This document shows positions 1 to 13,520 of a stretch of 64,000 nt of DNA, piece by piece. Under the pieces are notes generated by a model. It made no database searches. It was given only the letters and a program-made list of their open reading frames with translations, and was not told the DNA's origin. How positions within the stretch are numbered: the first letter of the stretch is position 1; every line of letters starts with the position of its first letter. The stretch spans positions 656,451 to 720,450 of the forward strand of contig NW_005434645.1 of assembly GCF_000315625.1 (NCBI RefSeq), in the 5' to 3' direction. The translations under genes and the position numbers were made by a program. Source of the DNA: Guillardia theta CCMP2712 (lineage: Eukaryota > Protista > Cryptophyta).

Positions 1-789
1 GCGGGACTTGTACCATCCTTTTCCTGTTGCTTCTTCTCCTTCTCCTCCTTCGCTTTCTTTTCATAATCGGCTTTTTGCTCAATGCTCAAATCCTTCCACA
101 TCTTCCCCAACAACGTTAAGACATGTTTTGGCTCCATGTCGGGATGCTCTTCCTTGACCTTAGCCCTCTGAATGAAAAATTGTTACCCCAAGGCAGAACG
201 AAAAGGATAGTACCGTCTCGGATACGAAGATGATGTATGCGCTCCTAGCTTTCTTGGGTTTATTGCCCTGAGCAGCCTTTTTCTCAGCGTCGAACTGTTC
301 TTTCTGTTCCTTGTATTGGGCCTTCAACTCTTCAGCTCTATCCACCCATGGTTTTTTGGCCTCATCACCAAGTTCCTTCCACATGGCCGCAAGTTCTGCC
401 ATTTTCAGAGGCGTCGTATTGCCAGCATCCTTGTGCTCTTGACGCTTGTCCTCAGAAAACAACATGTAAGCAGACAGAGCTCTTTTAGGGCCTTCTTTCT
501 CTTTCTTCTCCTTCTTCTCCTTCTTCCCCTTCTTCTCGGATTTGTCCTTGTCCTCACTGTCCTTGGAGTTGGCATCGGAGATTTTTGCTTTCTTCGATTT
601 ACGAGGCTTCTCAACGCCAGATTCGTCAGAATTCTCGCCAGATCTTGCTTCTTTGACAGGGGTAGGAGCCTTGGAGTCATCGTCTGCATTGCGCTTTTTG
701 GATTTGACTGGCTTTGACTTTTGAGCCTGTTCAATCACAACAAAGGTCTCAATGAAAGATTTCGATGGCCCTGAATCCATTTCAGTCAA
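1..789 (-). CDS. HMG-box protein with two HMG boxes; 3' end runs off the window; intron 159..213
   Basis: PKRALSAYMLFSEDKRQE...LAAMWKEL...KKPW and PKKARSAYIIFVSET. A GT-AG intron joins the second box to VKEEHPDMEPKHVLTLLGKMWKDLSIEQKADYEKKA. Start codon uncertain. Confidence 0.9.
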
Positions 790-2260
790 GAAGCTGATTC
801 ACAGACAAGGAAAAGGCAACCTCCTCGAGAGCATTTCTTGATGCCCCAATAGTAACTGGCAGCAGGTGCGCTCTCGCCACACCCACAGTCGCAGGTTACA
901 AAAGATGATTTGTCTGTCATAGAATGGTCAAACAATCGATTGATCAGGAGCAGATATCAAAACCTGGTCCATAAACCTTGACCGATCCTGTTTTCGCTGA
1001 CATTGTGGCCTGCAATCGATCAGTCACTAACTAACAATGCCATGAGATACGAACGTTGCATTTCACAACAGAGTGCAAAGCCAAAGAAAAACAACGATCG
1101 AACATGCCATCGTGTAAAATTTTAAGCATTTGACCTCTCATGTGGTTGCAACATTCTATAAATCAACATGATTCGCGAATGCGACAAGTGTTTTCTATAC
1201 ACTCTAAGAACACAGGAATTCTGAAACTCATGCAAGATCCACGCGTAGCGACGCATCACCACAAACACGACCAGGAAAGTCTAGCTCAAATCGAAGATGT
1301 GGAGTCTGACCAGCAGAGAAGAGCTAAGGGCAGAAGGAGCTTGCGAGAATGCAAAGCGGAAAGAATGAGTTATCGAGAGAACGCATGGGGGTGATGGAGG
1401 GCGGTGCAAATCGCATGTATGGTAATATGCATATTGGGTCAGAAGGAGGACGAAAGGATACAGCAATGCTCATTCCATGATGAGGGAAGGAGGACATGGA
1501 AGGATCTAGAGGTGGTGGCAGCGCAGTCTTTGACAGCATGTCGTCCATGCCGGGTTTGTGGGTTCAAGTGGCGGAAAGGGCGGGAAAATCTTTTCAGTGG
1601 AGATAAATTAAAACTAGTTTTTGTTCTACAAATAGATGTTGTTTTTGTACAGAACTATGTAGAGAGCCCTCTAGTTTTGCTAAAGAAAAATTGTACCAGG
1701 ACTAAATATTTTTATACAAATATTTTAGTTATGTCGTGCTTCTCGAATAAATGGTACATTGCAAAAATACATTTATTAAAAAAACCGAAGATGAACTCCC
1801 GCGCCGAAAGATCCCTTCAGATGATCACCGGTGATTTTGAGTGAAAACTTAGTGGACCGGTACAGGGATACTCATTCCAGGAGACCACCGGTGGGTCTAA
1901 GTGCATTCGAATGGGTGGAAAATAGGTGGACCTGTACCGGTTCAAAGATCAAATAAAACCACCGGTACACTTGAGACATCCGTGTATACGATCACACCCC
2001 TGCTTTGTACCGATAAAGAGGGGAAATGAATGGGGTAGGTACTGTAGTGGCATATTGGCGGGGGACTTTCAAAACAACATTTTGCATTTCGTCAAAGCGA
2101 GGAGGGGACCAAGGCAAGGACAAGAGCAGGAGCAGCAGGAGCAGCAGGAGCAGTAGGATCAGTAGGAGCAGTAGGAGCAGTAGGAGCAGGAGCAGTAGGA
2201 GCAGCAGGAGCAGCAGCAGCAGCAGCTGGCGGAGGAGGCGGAGGGAGCAAGAACAGCCAA

Positions 2261-4693
2261 TTGAAACATCACGAAGTGACACACGAACACGAAGAAAAGA
2301 AATCAAGTGGAGGCTACAACAAAGGCGACTATAAGAAGAGCCAGAGCGAGACGAAGGAACAATTGCCTCCTGAATTACTGCTGCAAACAGGAAAAGGAAA
2401 GCGCCGGGCTGTCATGTTCACAGCTAGTACCCATGAAGCAAACATCTTGTTCGAAGGCATTGCTCTTACCCTGTCATCACTCGGCGCAGTGAAGGGGTTT
2501 GAGTTCATCGAGGACAAACTTGTAATCCGACTTGACGAGTTCAGTGGTATCTTGTGCTTGGAGAAGACTGGCGAGCTGAAAACTTGCGAGCCGTCTCTGC
2601 AATGCGAGGCTGAGGATTTGAGGCCCAAGAAAAGGAGCCGCTACGGAGAAACTCTACGTGTGTCAACAGTGTGTCAAGTTGCTCAACGGCTGGATGAGGA
2701 AAAACCACGATCACGATCAAGAAAGGCTGAGGCTGTAGGGGATGCAGACAGCGTCTCTAACAAAGACGCAAAGCCCCAAGATGTTGTCAGCCAGGGGAGG
2801 TCTTTGCGGAGGGGCGTGAGGCAGATGCAGCTGGATGAAAAGCTGGCGAAGCAGCTGCAAATGGAGGAGGAGAAGTCTGCGAGGCAGCTCAAACCCAAGT
2901 GACTCGCTGGCGGCTGATTGCTCTTGCTGACAAGCCCTCAGGTGGGTCCGCATGAAAGGCGGTGGCGACAGGCCGTCCCCGCGGTGGGGACACACCTGCA
3001 CTCTGATCAAGCAATCTCCGCCTGTCCTGCTCTTTGCCGGAGGAGAGACCGTTGATGCTGGCGGGACTCCCTCCACTTGCCAAGACTTCTTCGAGTATCA
3101 TACGGACAGCGACTGCTGGGTTAGTGCGGGTCAAGATACAGCCAGTGGCAGGCGAGACTTAGCTGCGTGTTCTTGATATATTCAGTTTCTGTTTTTGAAG
3201 TTTGAATATCTCATGCGCGTTTTGTTCTATGCTTGCAAGCAGAGAATCCCCTTGACTGCTGTGTGGCAGGTCCTTCCATAGTTCCGTGCTGCTTGAAAAC
3301 AGCAACGGGAGGATGCTGGTTGTGTTCGGAGGCGAGAGAGCTCACGAGCAGGAGAAGCAGGTGCTTAGTCAACCCTCCCCTGCGATGGACTCCGCCTGAC
3401 CTCTGACAAGATGCTGTCGGATCTGATGATCATGGACTTGGACGAGATGGTCTGGTTCCGACCCAACGTCACAGGAGTCGGGCCGTGTGCTCGCAGTGGG
3501 CACAGCTGCGTGCGACTAGGTGAGAGGAGGGCAGGGAGGAGCGCGGCAGTGATCGCACTTCAGAGCAACACTGCATCGTATTCGGGGGCTCCAATGGGGA
3601 CGAGTACTTCAACGATGTCTATGTACTGGACACGACGCACTGGAACTGGTGACTGACCTCGCTGGAATCGTCTCCCTGATACAAGGGGACCAGGTTTCAG
3701 CCGCCTATCTTGGGGAACAGCCCGAGTCCTCGGGGCTACCATGCTGCCGTCGTGCATGACAGTAAGATGTACGTAGTCGCAGGAGACTCGCGAAATGGGG
3801 GTGAGTCAGAGAGTCGCTCTGAGATCCCCGGTGGGGTGGTTGAACTATCCCTGACAGCGCTGTCGGATATCCACTGCCTTGACCTCTTCACGTGGGAATG
3901 GAGCGAGATCAAACTGACGGGAGACAAGCTGGATGTAGCTCTTGCTGCCCCCTTCTCTTGTGCCCTAGGAGCTGACGTAGGATGCAGCCCGCCTGTGGGA
4001 TGTGCGCCACTGTCAGCGGTACTTGTGATGTGCGCAGGAGGAGCATGTGTGACCCTTGGACACAGGCAGTCAAATCCTCGTCCATGGTGGTTGGGGCAAG
4101 AACGGGAAGTTCAGATCAGGTCAGGAGCTCTTAGAGAGTTGCGATCCCCTCCAGCTGAGCTGCTGAAACCTACAGGGAAGACCTTCCTGATGATCGATAC
4201 CGAAGATTTCAAGGTGAGAGCAGATTGTTCACCTGGCTGTGGGCTGACGGCTGTTGGTGTCAGTGCCGAGCTGTGATCGCTGATGGAGATGCTCCGTGAG
4301 TTGTCAAGACAGCTCGACTTGTGTTGGGTGATTTCTCAACGGACAGCAAGGAGTGTGCTGGGCACACTTTGACGGCATACAGCAACGGCAGCGCTCTGTT
4401 GTTTGGAGGACAGGTCTTTCTGTGAGATGTGCTGTGTTGCTCCTCTGACGGGTATCGCTCAAGGATTCTGATGAGACCTGTCTGAACCAGGTGATCTTCT
4501 TGATTCGCTTCCTCCTCGTCCTCGTCCTCCCTGCCTCCTCCTTCTCACTTCCTCCTCCTCGCTTCCTTCACCCCCTCGCTTCTTCTTCCTCCTGCATGCT
4601 TCTTCCTCCTCTTCTCAAGTTTTAGTTCTTCAGGTCATCAGCCTCAGGCTCAAAGATTGAGTGGAGGAAACGGTGCTTCACTATCAGGTTGTG
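2261..4693 (+). CDS. Kelch-repeat (beta-propeller) protein with N-terminal extension and an MIU-like helix; multi-exon, ends approximate
   Basis: PSPRWGHTCTLI, PCARSGHSC, IVFGGSNGDEYFNDVYVLDT and PSPRGYHAAVVHDSKMYVVAG lie in successive exons separated by ~50-nt introns. LDEKLAKQLQMEE resembles an MIU ubiquitin-binding helix. Confidence 0.8.
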
Positions 4694-7600
4694 AGAAGAT
4701 TCTCCGGCAGCCCCAGCAATGAAAACAAACTTAATCTCGTCTCCGTCTCGGCTCCACCCGTCGACTGTCGAGATTTGCCAGCTGAAGTCCTGCTGGGAGG
4801 ATGCTGATGAGAATGGCAGGCATGTAGGAAGATAGGGAAGGAACAAGGAAGGGAGGGAAACAGGCTGGACGAGGGGAGGGAGGGAGGGAGGGAGGGAGGA
4901 GCTACCTGGAGGGGTTTGGGGAGTTCTTCTGAAGGAGAGAAAGTCGAGGAGACTTCAGCCCGTTAGATGCTCGTAGAGAGTCAGCTGGGGTCGGTGCGAG
5001 CGTGTCGCCGGCATGGGACATGCTGGGGTTGTCATTCTCCCTCTGCCTGCTCTCAGCCCAGGGCCTCTTGCTGGTGTGAAGTCTCGGGGACGGAAAGCCG
5101 AAGCGGGCGGGACTTGACCAGTCGTCGACAGCGTGCGGGAGAGGAGGGGGGTTCCTAATGGAGTCGCGCTGTTCGCTCCTCCAGTCCGGAGATTTGAAGG
5201 CAGGAGGAGTCGCGTACCAGTTGCGATCTGATGGGCCGAGAGATCAGGAAGGAGGAGAGGAGAGGGCAAGGAGGAGTGTCGAGGTTGCTGCGGGGGATGG
5301 AAAGGAAGACGAAGAGAGGGAAGGAAGAGAACATGGGAGGAGATGAGGGGCACAAGGGAGGGCAGGAGAAGCGGGAGAAGAGGGAGGCACCTTCAGTCTT
5401 GTCGTCTCTGTGAGGAGCTTGCGATAGAGAGGATCGTCGGATGGTCTCTATGTAGCCGTCCAGGAGGCTCCTCATGCTCTTGATCTCCTGCGATCGCGCT
5501 CGATCCGTCTGCGCGAAGGTTCTGATCCGGTCGACATAGTCCTCCATCCTCGCCGACAGCTGCCCCCCATGTCAGTTCGCAGCGGAGAACAGTGAGGAGC
5601 AGAGGGCAGGAGCAGGAGCAGGAGGAGGAGGAGGAGGAGGAGGAGGAGGAGGAGGAGGAGGAGGAGGAGGAGCAGATGGCAGGAGCAGGAGGAGGACGAG
5701 GAGGAGGACGAGGAGGACGAGGAGGAGGAGGAGGAGGAGGGGCAGGGGCAGGGGCAGGGGCAGGGGCAGGGGCAGGGGCAGGGGCAGGGGCAGGGGCAGG
5801 AGCAGCATGGCTGGTCTACCGATTGCAGGTCGGTGCCATTGGCGGTCTTGATGGTAGAAACCTCTCGCAGGCGGATCCTGGCAGCAGACAGTTCTCTCTC
5901 TACCTTCTTGAGCTGCAGCTGCAGCTGAAGCTTCTCGTCTTGCGCGTGCTCGAGGACAGTCAGCGCGTTAGCCCTCTCATGCTCCAGCTCGCTGAGGAGA
6001 GCCATCTTTTCGTGCTCTTCCTTCCTCACCCTCTGCTGCTCCTCCTTCAGCTCCTCTCTGTTGCTCCTCAACTCTGAAGCCAGCAGCTTCACCTCCCTCT
6101 CCTTGTGCTTCAGACATGCGTGCATGTCAACAAGGTCGCTCTTCAGCTCGCTTCCCAGCACGTGGAAGGCGTCAACTGTCTGCGCGATCTCCGAGTGACA
6201 CTTCCTTCCCCTCTCCCGGGCCTCCATCATTCTTCTCCTGCTCTCCTCCTTGTCCAGCTCCAGCTGGGCCTTTCTGTTTGACAAGGTGTCAACCTCCAGC
6301 TCCAGGTTGCAGCGCAGGAGCGCGTGCTCGTGAAGCATCTGCTTGCTGTTCCCCACCTCTCTCCTCAGCTGCCTGTTCTCTGCTACCAGCCTCTCCACCT
6401 TCCGCGCCTGCTCCTGCACCGCATCCTCCATGGCAAGGTAACTCTCCATCCCTTCACGTCGCACGCTCGCAACCTCCTCCACCAGCTCCTTCGCCCTCAT
6501 CTCCGACAACTTGACCTTTCCCTGCAGGCCCCGGCACCTGCTCTCGAGCTCCCGAGCTCTCCTCTCCACTTCGCTCGCCATGCTTCTCAGCGCCTCCTCG
6601 GTGCTGGCAGCTCGAGTCCTGATCGCCACCTCCGCTTCCCCTCGAGCTTGCAGGCTGATGTGCGCCTTGAGCAGCGACTCCCTTAGCTCCTCCCGCTCTC
6701 CTTCCAGCGAGCTGAGAGTCTTTCTCAGCTGCCCGTACTCATACCGCGCTCCTTGCAGCAGGGAGTAGGAGGACTTGTGCGCTCGGTTCAGCTCCTCTAC
6801 CACCAGCTGCAGCTCTTGCTCGACATCCCACACCTGACCCTGAAGGAGGCTGCAGCAGGAGCGGACCTCCGCACCCCACCTGTCCCTCAGGCTGCTCAGC
6901 TCTCGATTTCTCTCCAGCAGCTTCTCCTTCTCTCTTTCCTTCATGCCCAGAAGCAGCTCCAGCTCTCTCGCCCTCGCATCCTTCGCCTCCCCCGCCTCCT
7001 GCAGGTCCCGCAGCTTCCGCTGTGAGGCAGCAGCCTCGATCTCCATCCTCCGGTACAGGTCTGCGCGCTCCTCCTCCTCCCTCAGCAGCTCCTTCTGCGC
7101 CTTGTCCAACGCGCTCCACCGGGTCTCAGCCAGGGCTCGCGATTCAGCAGCAGAGCGTTTGAGCTCGTTGACCTCCAGCAGCGCGTCCTGCAGCCGCTGG
7201 TGCAAGACTTTGTTCTCCTCCTCCAGCTCCGACGCTTTCTCCGAGGAAGACACCAGCTGACGGGTCAGCTCGGCTTCTCGCTCCTCTGCTCCGCTCAGCC
7301 TCCTCCTCAGCTCCACCTCGGAGCTGGCGAACGCCCTCCGGACATTCTCAACCTCCTCCTGCGCCTCCACCAGCTCCTCCTCTGCCTTCCTGTGCTGGAC
7401 CTCGAGCTGGAGCCAGCTTTGGTGTCGCTTCGCTAGCGCCTGTTTGAGCTCCTCCACCTCCCCTTCCAGCTGGGTTCTCTGCTGCTCCCCTGCCTCCCTC
7501 AAAGCTGCGAGCTGACCCTCCAGCTCTCCTCTCTCCTGCTGGCTGTTGGCTGAGAGAACCCGCAGCCTCCCGTCGGCACCGGCAAGTTTGACCTGCACGC

Positions 7601-10392
7601 GCAGTCAACAGCGATGGGGATGGAGGAGGAGGAGGAGGAGTGAGACAAGAGGATGTACGTTATGGCAGGAACTGACGGGCAAAGAGAGGAGGTCGAAGAG
7701 AGAGGGGGGAGGAGAGGAGAGGAGGAGGAAGGAGAGCGGGGGGAAAGGGGGGGGATTAACGAATGGAGGGTGGACAAGAAACGGTGAGTAGGGCGGAAGA
7801 CAGGCGGGGGCAGACAAGGAGGAAGAGGAGGGAGGACGTGTGTATCTTACCCGAAGATCTTTTTCCACCTCCTTCCTCGCGCACAGACTTTCCTCGAGGT
7901 GTTTCAACTGCTCGCCAAGATCTTCCAGCTCCAAGTTCTTCCTCGTAAGCTCCTCCTCCAGCTTCAGCCGCTGCTTCCTCTGCTTCTCCTCTGCGCTCCT
8001 GTGCTGACTCCCAGCAGCCTCCGTGAAGTTTCTGAGCTCGTCCAGCTGGAGGAGGACGGAGCGAACTTCGGTTGTCAGTGCCTGCAGCTGAGACTTTACA
8101 GCTCCCCTGAGATTCTCAGCGTCGCTCCTCGCATGCCGCAGCTTCTGCTCCAGGAAGACGCTGTTTGACTGTCCCTGCATCAGCTCGCCCCTGAGCTCCG
8201 CTACCAGCTGCTGGTTCGCCTCCTCCCTCCTCCTCCCCTCTGCCTCCAGCTGCTTGCGCTCACTCTGCTCCTCCTTCAGCCTCATCCTCGTCGTCGCTAG
8301 CTCCTGCTCCCCTCGCTGAATCTCTCTCTCCTTGCTCTCCACGCGATCCGACAGGTTGCCCAGCTGGTATCGGAGCTTGTCCAGTTCGCAGGACGCGGAG
8401 GTCAGAGAGTCGTTGATCTCTCGGTTCTTGCTCTCGAGCTGGCCGCTCAGAGTCTCCAGCCTGTCAAACTTGTCAAACTCTGATGGGGAAAGTCCTCAGG
8501 GCGAGTTTCACCTGGACCTCTGCTGCTCGGAGTTTGACAGGCTGTTCTTAAGAGATGCCAGCTGGCCTGAGAGCTCAGCGATCTGCTTGTCTCGCGCAAA
8601 GATTCCTTCGCTCTTCTCCCTGCTCCTCTCGTTCAGCTCCTCGTTCAGCCGCTTCAGCTCCCCGATCTGCAAGTTCAGCGCATCCTCCTCCCTCCCAGCC
8701 GCTGAGAGCCGCTCCTCCATGCTCGCCCTGACCTCACGCAGCTGCTGCTCCTTCTCCTCCAGCTGAGCCTCTGCCTGCGCCAAGTTCGAGCTGAGCCGAC
8801 GAATTTCGGCGTCGAGGGAGCTGATCGCGTCCTCCTGGAGGAGGCGGAGCTTCGCCATCTCACCCTGCAGCGCCTCCTCCCTCCCCTGCATCTCAGCACG
8901 AAGACTCTCCATGCGGTCTGCGCTCTCCCGCACGAACGTCTCGTGCTGGCTCGTAGCATCGCCCAGGCTCTGCTGCATCCTTGCTCGCTCCTCCTCAAGC
9001 AGGGAGAGCTTCCTCTCCAGCTCGTCCCTCCCGCTCTCTGCTGCTGCAAGATCCTTGCGAAGCGCCTGCAGCTGGTCCACCATCTCTTGCTTCTCCCTCT
9101 CCGCCCCATCTGCCTCCTCCTCCCTCCTCTTCTTTGCCTCCTTCTCTTTCTCTTCCTGTCAGTCTTGTCAGTGAGGGCCCGCATACAAATATTCCTTCAC
9201 CATCTTCTTTGCCCAGCTGCACTCCAGCTCTCCCAACCTGACCTCGAAGCTGCTCGAGAGCTCGTCGATCTTGATGCTCGTCGACTTCTTCTCATCCTCC
9301 AGCAGACTCTTCAGCTCGTCAATGCACTCCTGCGCCGTCCTTTGCTCCGATCTCGCAGCCTGAGCCAGCAATTAGCGAAAGGGAGTAGGGAGTCTGGAGA
9401 ACACTTGTTCTTTCTCTGCGAGCTGACGATCAAAGGACGCTTGTCTCCCATCGAGCTCCTCCCTCAGCCTCTTCAAGTAGATCTCCTGCAGCGATGATAG
9501 GCCCTCCAGCTCCTGCACATGGTCCCGCAAGTTTTCTTCCACCTCCTCATTCCATTCAATGAGCTGTGCCAAGGGGTCAGGAGATGCTCTTTCCCTTCCC
9601 TCCACTCACACTCGCGATCAGGCTCTCGAGCTCGGCGATCGAGTTGTTCCCTGCTGCTGCCTTGACCGCTCCCTGCAGCTCGGCCAGTTTCATGAAGACT
9701 CCTTTGATCTTGCTCGCAACGAGTCAACGGACTCCCCGCAGAAGCAGCTTCACCTTCTCGACAGACCGGATGTCCGACCTGTGCATGCTGTACGTCTGCG
9801 CTTCTTTCCCCCGTTTCTGGATCTCGATGCGAAGAGCTGACCCGATCACGTCGGATCCTCGCAGCCTGACCCTCGTCGTCATCCTCACAAGGTCAAGGGA
9901 GGAAGGGAGCTCACAGCGGAATCACTGAGGAGGCGGTGACAGGTTGAAGCCCCGACGACCCCGTGGGGTCGATGGCGCGGACGATATCGCCCTTCTCGAT
10001 GCGTCCTCCCTCGTGTACCCTGAGAGCGCCGCCATCAGCTTGTTGCCCTCACATGCCCTCCCCTCGCATGACCTGAACGCCGGACCTCCCGGGACTACCA
10101 TGGTGATCTCGCAGCCTTCCAGCACAATACCTGCATCACAGACCATGAGTCCTCGGTCATTCCATATTGTCCTGCTCTCACCTACTGTAGACTTGATGGG
10201 AAGAACCTTGCCTGAATCCTTCACGCTGAACTTCTGACCGAGCTGTTTCTGTCTCTCCGCCATGGGAGTCTTGAGGTGCCGATCGACCTCCCCCAGCCAA
10301 TCTGACGGCTCATCGAGGACAACAGGATCTCTTCCTGAACGTTCTCCCCTTGAGGCTTCTTCCCCTCCCCCTCCTCCCCCTCTGTTTGCCAT
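4684..10392 (-). CDS. Very long coiled-coil protein with N-terminal PDZ-like domain; multi-exon, ends approximate
   Basis: ORFs 5472-7598, 7605-8342, 8508-9083 and 9168-9605 are E/L/R/Q-rich heptad sequence. GIVLEGCEITMVVPGGPAFRS...GDIVRAID is PDZ-like. Confidence 0.7.
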
Positions 10393-10719
10393 AGGGCGGC
10401 GGTACGATTTTGGGTTGTTGACCACCGGCAGATGACCTGAGGCGGGTCTAGACTGACCATCATCAAGTTCCGCGGGCCGACAGTGCCGAGGCCCCGGCGT
10501 GACCCGGAGTCCGACTCAGTGTCAGAGTCATCATAATGATCGCCGTCATCCGTGGCCGCAGATGATGGCGGCCCGGGCGCGGCCCATGCGGGCGCTGACT
10601 CGGACACACTGCTCAGTGCGCCCGGCCCGGCTGCGGGGGGGCCGGCTGCGGGGGGTCAGTCCGGCGGCGCCGGGTCCTCAGCGGTCATGGTCAACAGTCA
10701 CAGTTCAACCGTTTCAAGT

Positions 10720-12563
10720 TCATGTAGTCGTAGTCGGTCGGACATCAAAGACTAAGATCGCTGGGCCTTGATCCCCTACAAAGATGCTCCCGTTGGGCAA
10801 GGAAGCGATCGCGTTGACCTGAGCACAGAAGTTGAGTAGATAGTAGAAGAGCATCGGCAACGCCAGTTCACCTGGGATGTACATTTGAGGGTCAAGCAGT
10901 TGTGTGAGTGATATCTCGTCCCTCGCTGCACGCTGCTGCTGCCAGCCATGGTGTCCATCGATGCCAGCAATGACTCCCGCATCTCCTCTGGAAACGCGTC
11001 CAGCGGCTGCCTCGAGCTGCTGGGCTGGCTCAACTCTGTCACCGTCACAACCCCGTCGCTTCCTCCGCTCAACAGGATCCGCGATGAGTCTCCGAACTCT
11101 GCCTGCCGTCGGGCACACCATGGAAGTATCAGCAACACAAACATGCTGAGATCAAAGCATCACCCAAGCAACTGCTGATATCATGTTGCTAGCAGCCTCA
11201 AACTCGTGCAGACACGACTTGCCCTGGACCAACAAGGATTCTTTGAGAACAGATGGAAAAAAGCTCTCAAGATGGAGAAGTGTGAAATGAAGAGGGTGGG
11301 GGTGATGGTTGGGGTGGGAGTGGGAGTCACCTCTATGTCGAGCACAACAACATTCCCATCCCCGAGCCCAGCAGCAACCACATTGCCGCTGGGTTGACAT
11401 GAAAGGCAATATGGGAACCTGGGGTTAACTGGCGCAAACGAGCTCAGCCTCAAGTAGCCAGTGAGCGACAGAGACTGACCCATCTGATTCTTGTTTTGCG
11501 AGGAAGAAGATGTCGTCACGTAGCAGAACAGCTGCTTGATCTTGTTGAAGTTCCAGTGCACCACCTCCATCAACCTTCACGCCTCACGCCTGGCCCGCCC
11601 CCTCCAGCAGCTACCTTCCCGTCCAGCCCGGCTGAGACAGCTTGCCATGGAGTGCCGCGACGGAAGCAGATGCTCGAGCAGATGTTCGAGTGAGCCTGAA
11701 GACCACTGGTCAACCTCTTGCATGCATAGCTCCTCCTGCACCGGCGAAATCTTTCGGAGCAACTTGGGTTTCCGCAAGTCATATACAGCAATCTCTCCGT
11801 TGTCGTCCCCTGCTGCCATCCTGTCGATGGCGCCTTCCATGATGATCTATCATTCCAGTGAGTGGGCAGCAACCTTGGCCACAGATCCGAGGATCGTACT
11901 TCGTTGACGTCATCGAAGTGTACGTCGTTGAACGCGAAGGCAGCTTTCCGGCTCACCAAGGCTGGGTCTCGTACATCGAAAAGAGAGATCTGCGGGTGAG
12001 AAGGAGAGAATGATCCAGTCAGTCTTTTCCGAGACATCAACGTGCAGCAAAGACGAATGACAACGAATGAACTCAAGAGACAACTGCTTCTCCTCCTCTA
12101 CCTTGTTCTCGTACGCAACTCCGACCAAATGTTCAAAGTCCCCGGTGCCTGAGCAAACGCTGGAAACCTCTACCTATGTCGCGCAGGCTCAGGAATTACA
12201 GTATCCAGGCAGTGAGCATGACTGATAAGAATCTAGGCAGACCAACCTCCGTGTCACCCCTCTCCTGCCGCACAAGGAAACAACGGATGCTGCGGTTTCG
12301 CTCGAGGTCCCATAGACGTCCGGTTCCTGCCACAACAAGTCTGACGACGCTCCTCTACAGGGAAAAAGCTCTCTCCCTCCCTCCAATCCACCCCTCCCTC
12401 CCCCCCCCACCCCCCTCTCCTCCCCCACGCGCTCTCTCGCTCTCTGTCTCGTTCTCCCTCACTCACCGTCCTCGCTACCCGACAGCAGCTGGTCCTCTCC
12501 TCTCCTCCTCACCGACGTCACGCTCCCCTTGTGCCCTTGCAGCCTCCTGCCTCCATCCGCCAT
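10720..12563 (-). CDS. WDR53: WD40-repeat protein, WDR53-like; multi-exon
   Basis: MADGGRRLQGHKGSVTSV...LLSGSED, MAAGDDNGEIAVYDL, HSNICSSICFRR...VSAGLDGKV, NPRFPYCLSC...GLGDGNV and ILLSGGSDG match the motif order of WDR53. Confidence 0.75.
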
Positions 12564-13520
12564 GCTTCCACTCATCCCCCTCAGTCCCGAGTCGCTTAGG
12601 ACTCACTCCTGGACTCACTCACTGTCATCAGTCCCGGCCCGGAACCTGCCGGGTCCGACACGGATCATCGGATTCACAGTGTCAGTGTCAACTTGATCAG
12701 CGACCGTGCACACTGTTGAAGCCTACGGGCCGGGCCGTCCGGCCCGGGCCGCCACTGAGTCCGACCGGCGCAGTACCGTGAAACGGCCCGATCATCGGTG
12801 CCCGGCCCGGCGGTCCGGCTGACTGGTGTGACCGTCTCTGGCCGCTGAGTGAGCCATCCTCCTTCCGGACGGACAGTCTTCCCGCCGGGCCCCGCGACCG
12901 GGCCCGGTCGCTGCCAGGCCCAGTAGCACCGCCGGTAAGCTGTACGGCAGTAGTAAACAAAACTATATCATTGTATCAGTTTTTTTTTCAGTCACGGGGG
13001 GTTGCGATCACTCATGGGGAAAGGACTCAATGGTGCCATAAATGGAGGCGCCTCCATTGTTGTCACTTGAATCCCCGGAAGATTCTTCAAGAGGTTGGAG
13101 GGGTGGTGACACTATCTTGTGCAGGATGGTAGGGGTGATCACAGGGGAAATAGGGGGTGGTGGTGGCTAGATGTAACAGAGTAAAGGTAGGGTAATTTTT
13201 AAAAGAAAGTGCTCAATCTACTTAGGTGGGTAGGGGTGTGTTGGGGACCGTCGATTTAAAAGGTCAAAGGAAGTTCATCGGGGGGGTAGTGGCAGGAGGG
13301 GTGGTGGTGATCTTTTGGGGAAAGTTAGGGTGGCGTTTTGTTCAACAAGCGGGGAAGAAGAACAGAGCGATCGGAGAGAAAGGGTAAGGAGAAGAAGAAG
13401 CGGATAGACACGAGTGAAGTAGAAGCAAGCAAGACACAAGGACACAACGAGAAGAAACGATTGCTACAGAAGAAAGATACCCAGACTGAGCTAACTTCAA
13501 AGGACACGTAAGGAGGAAAG

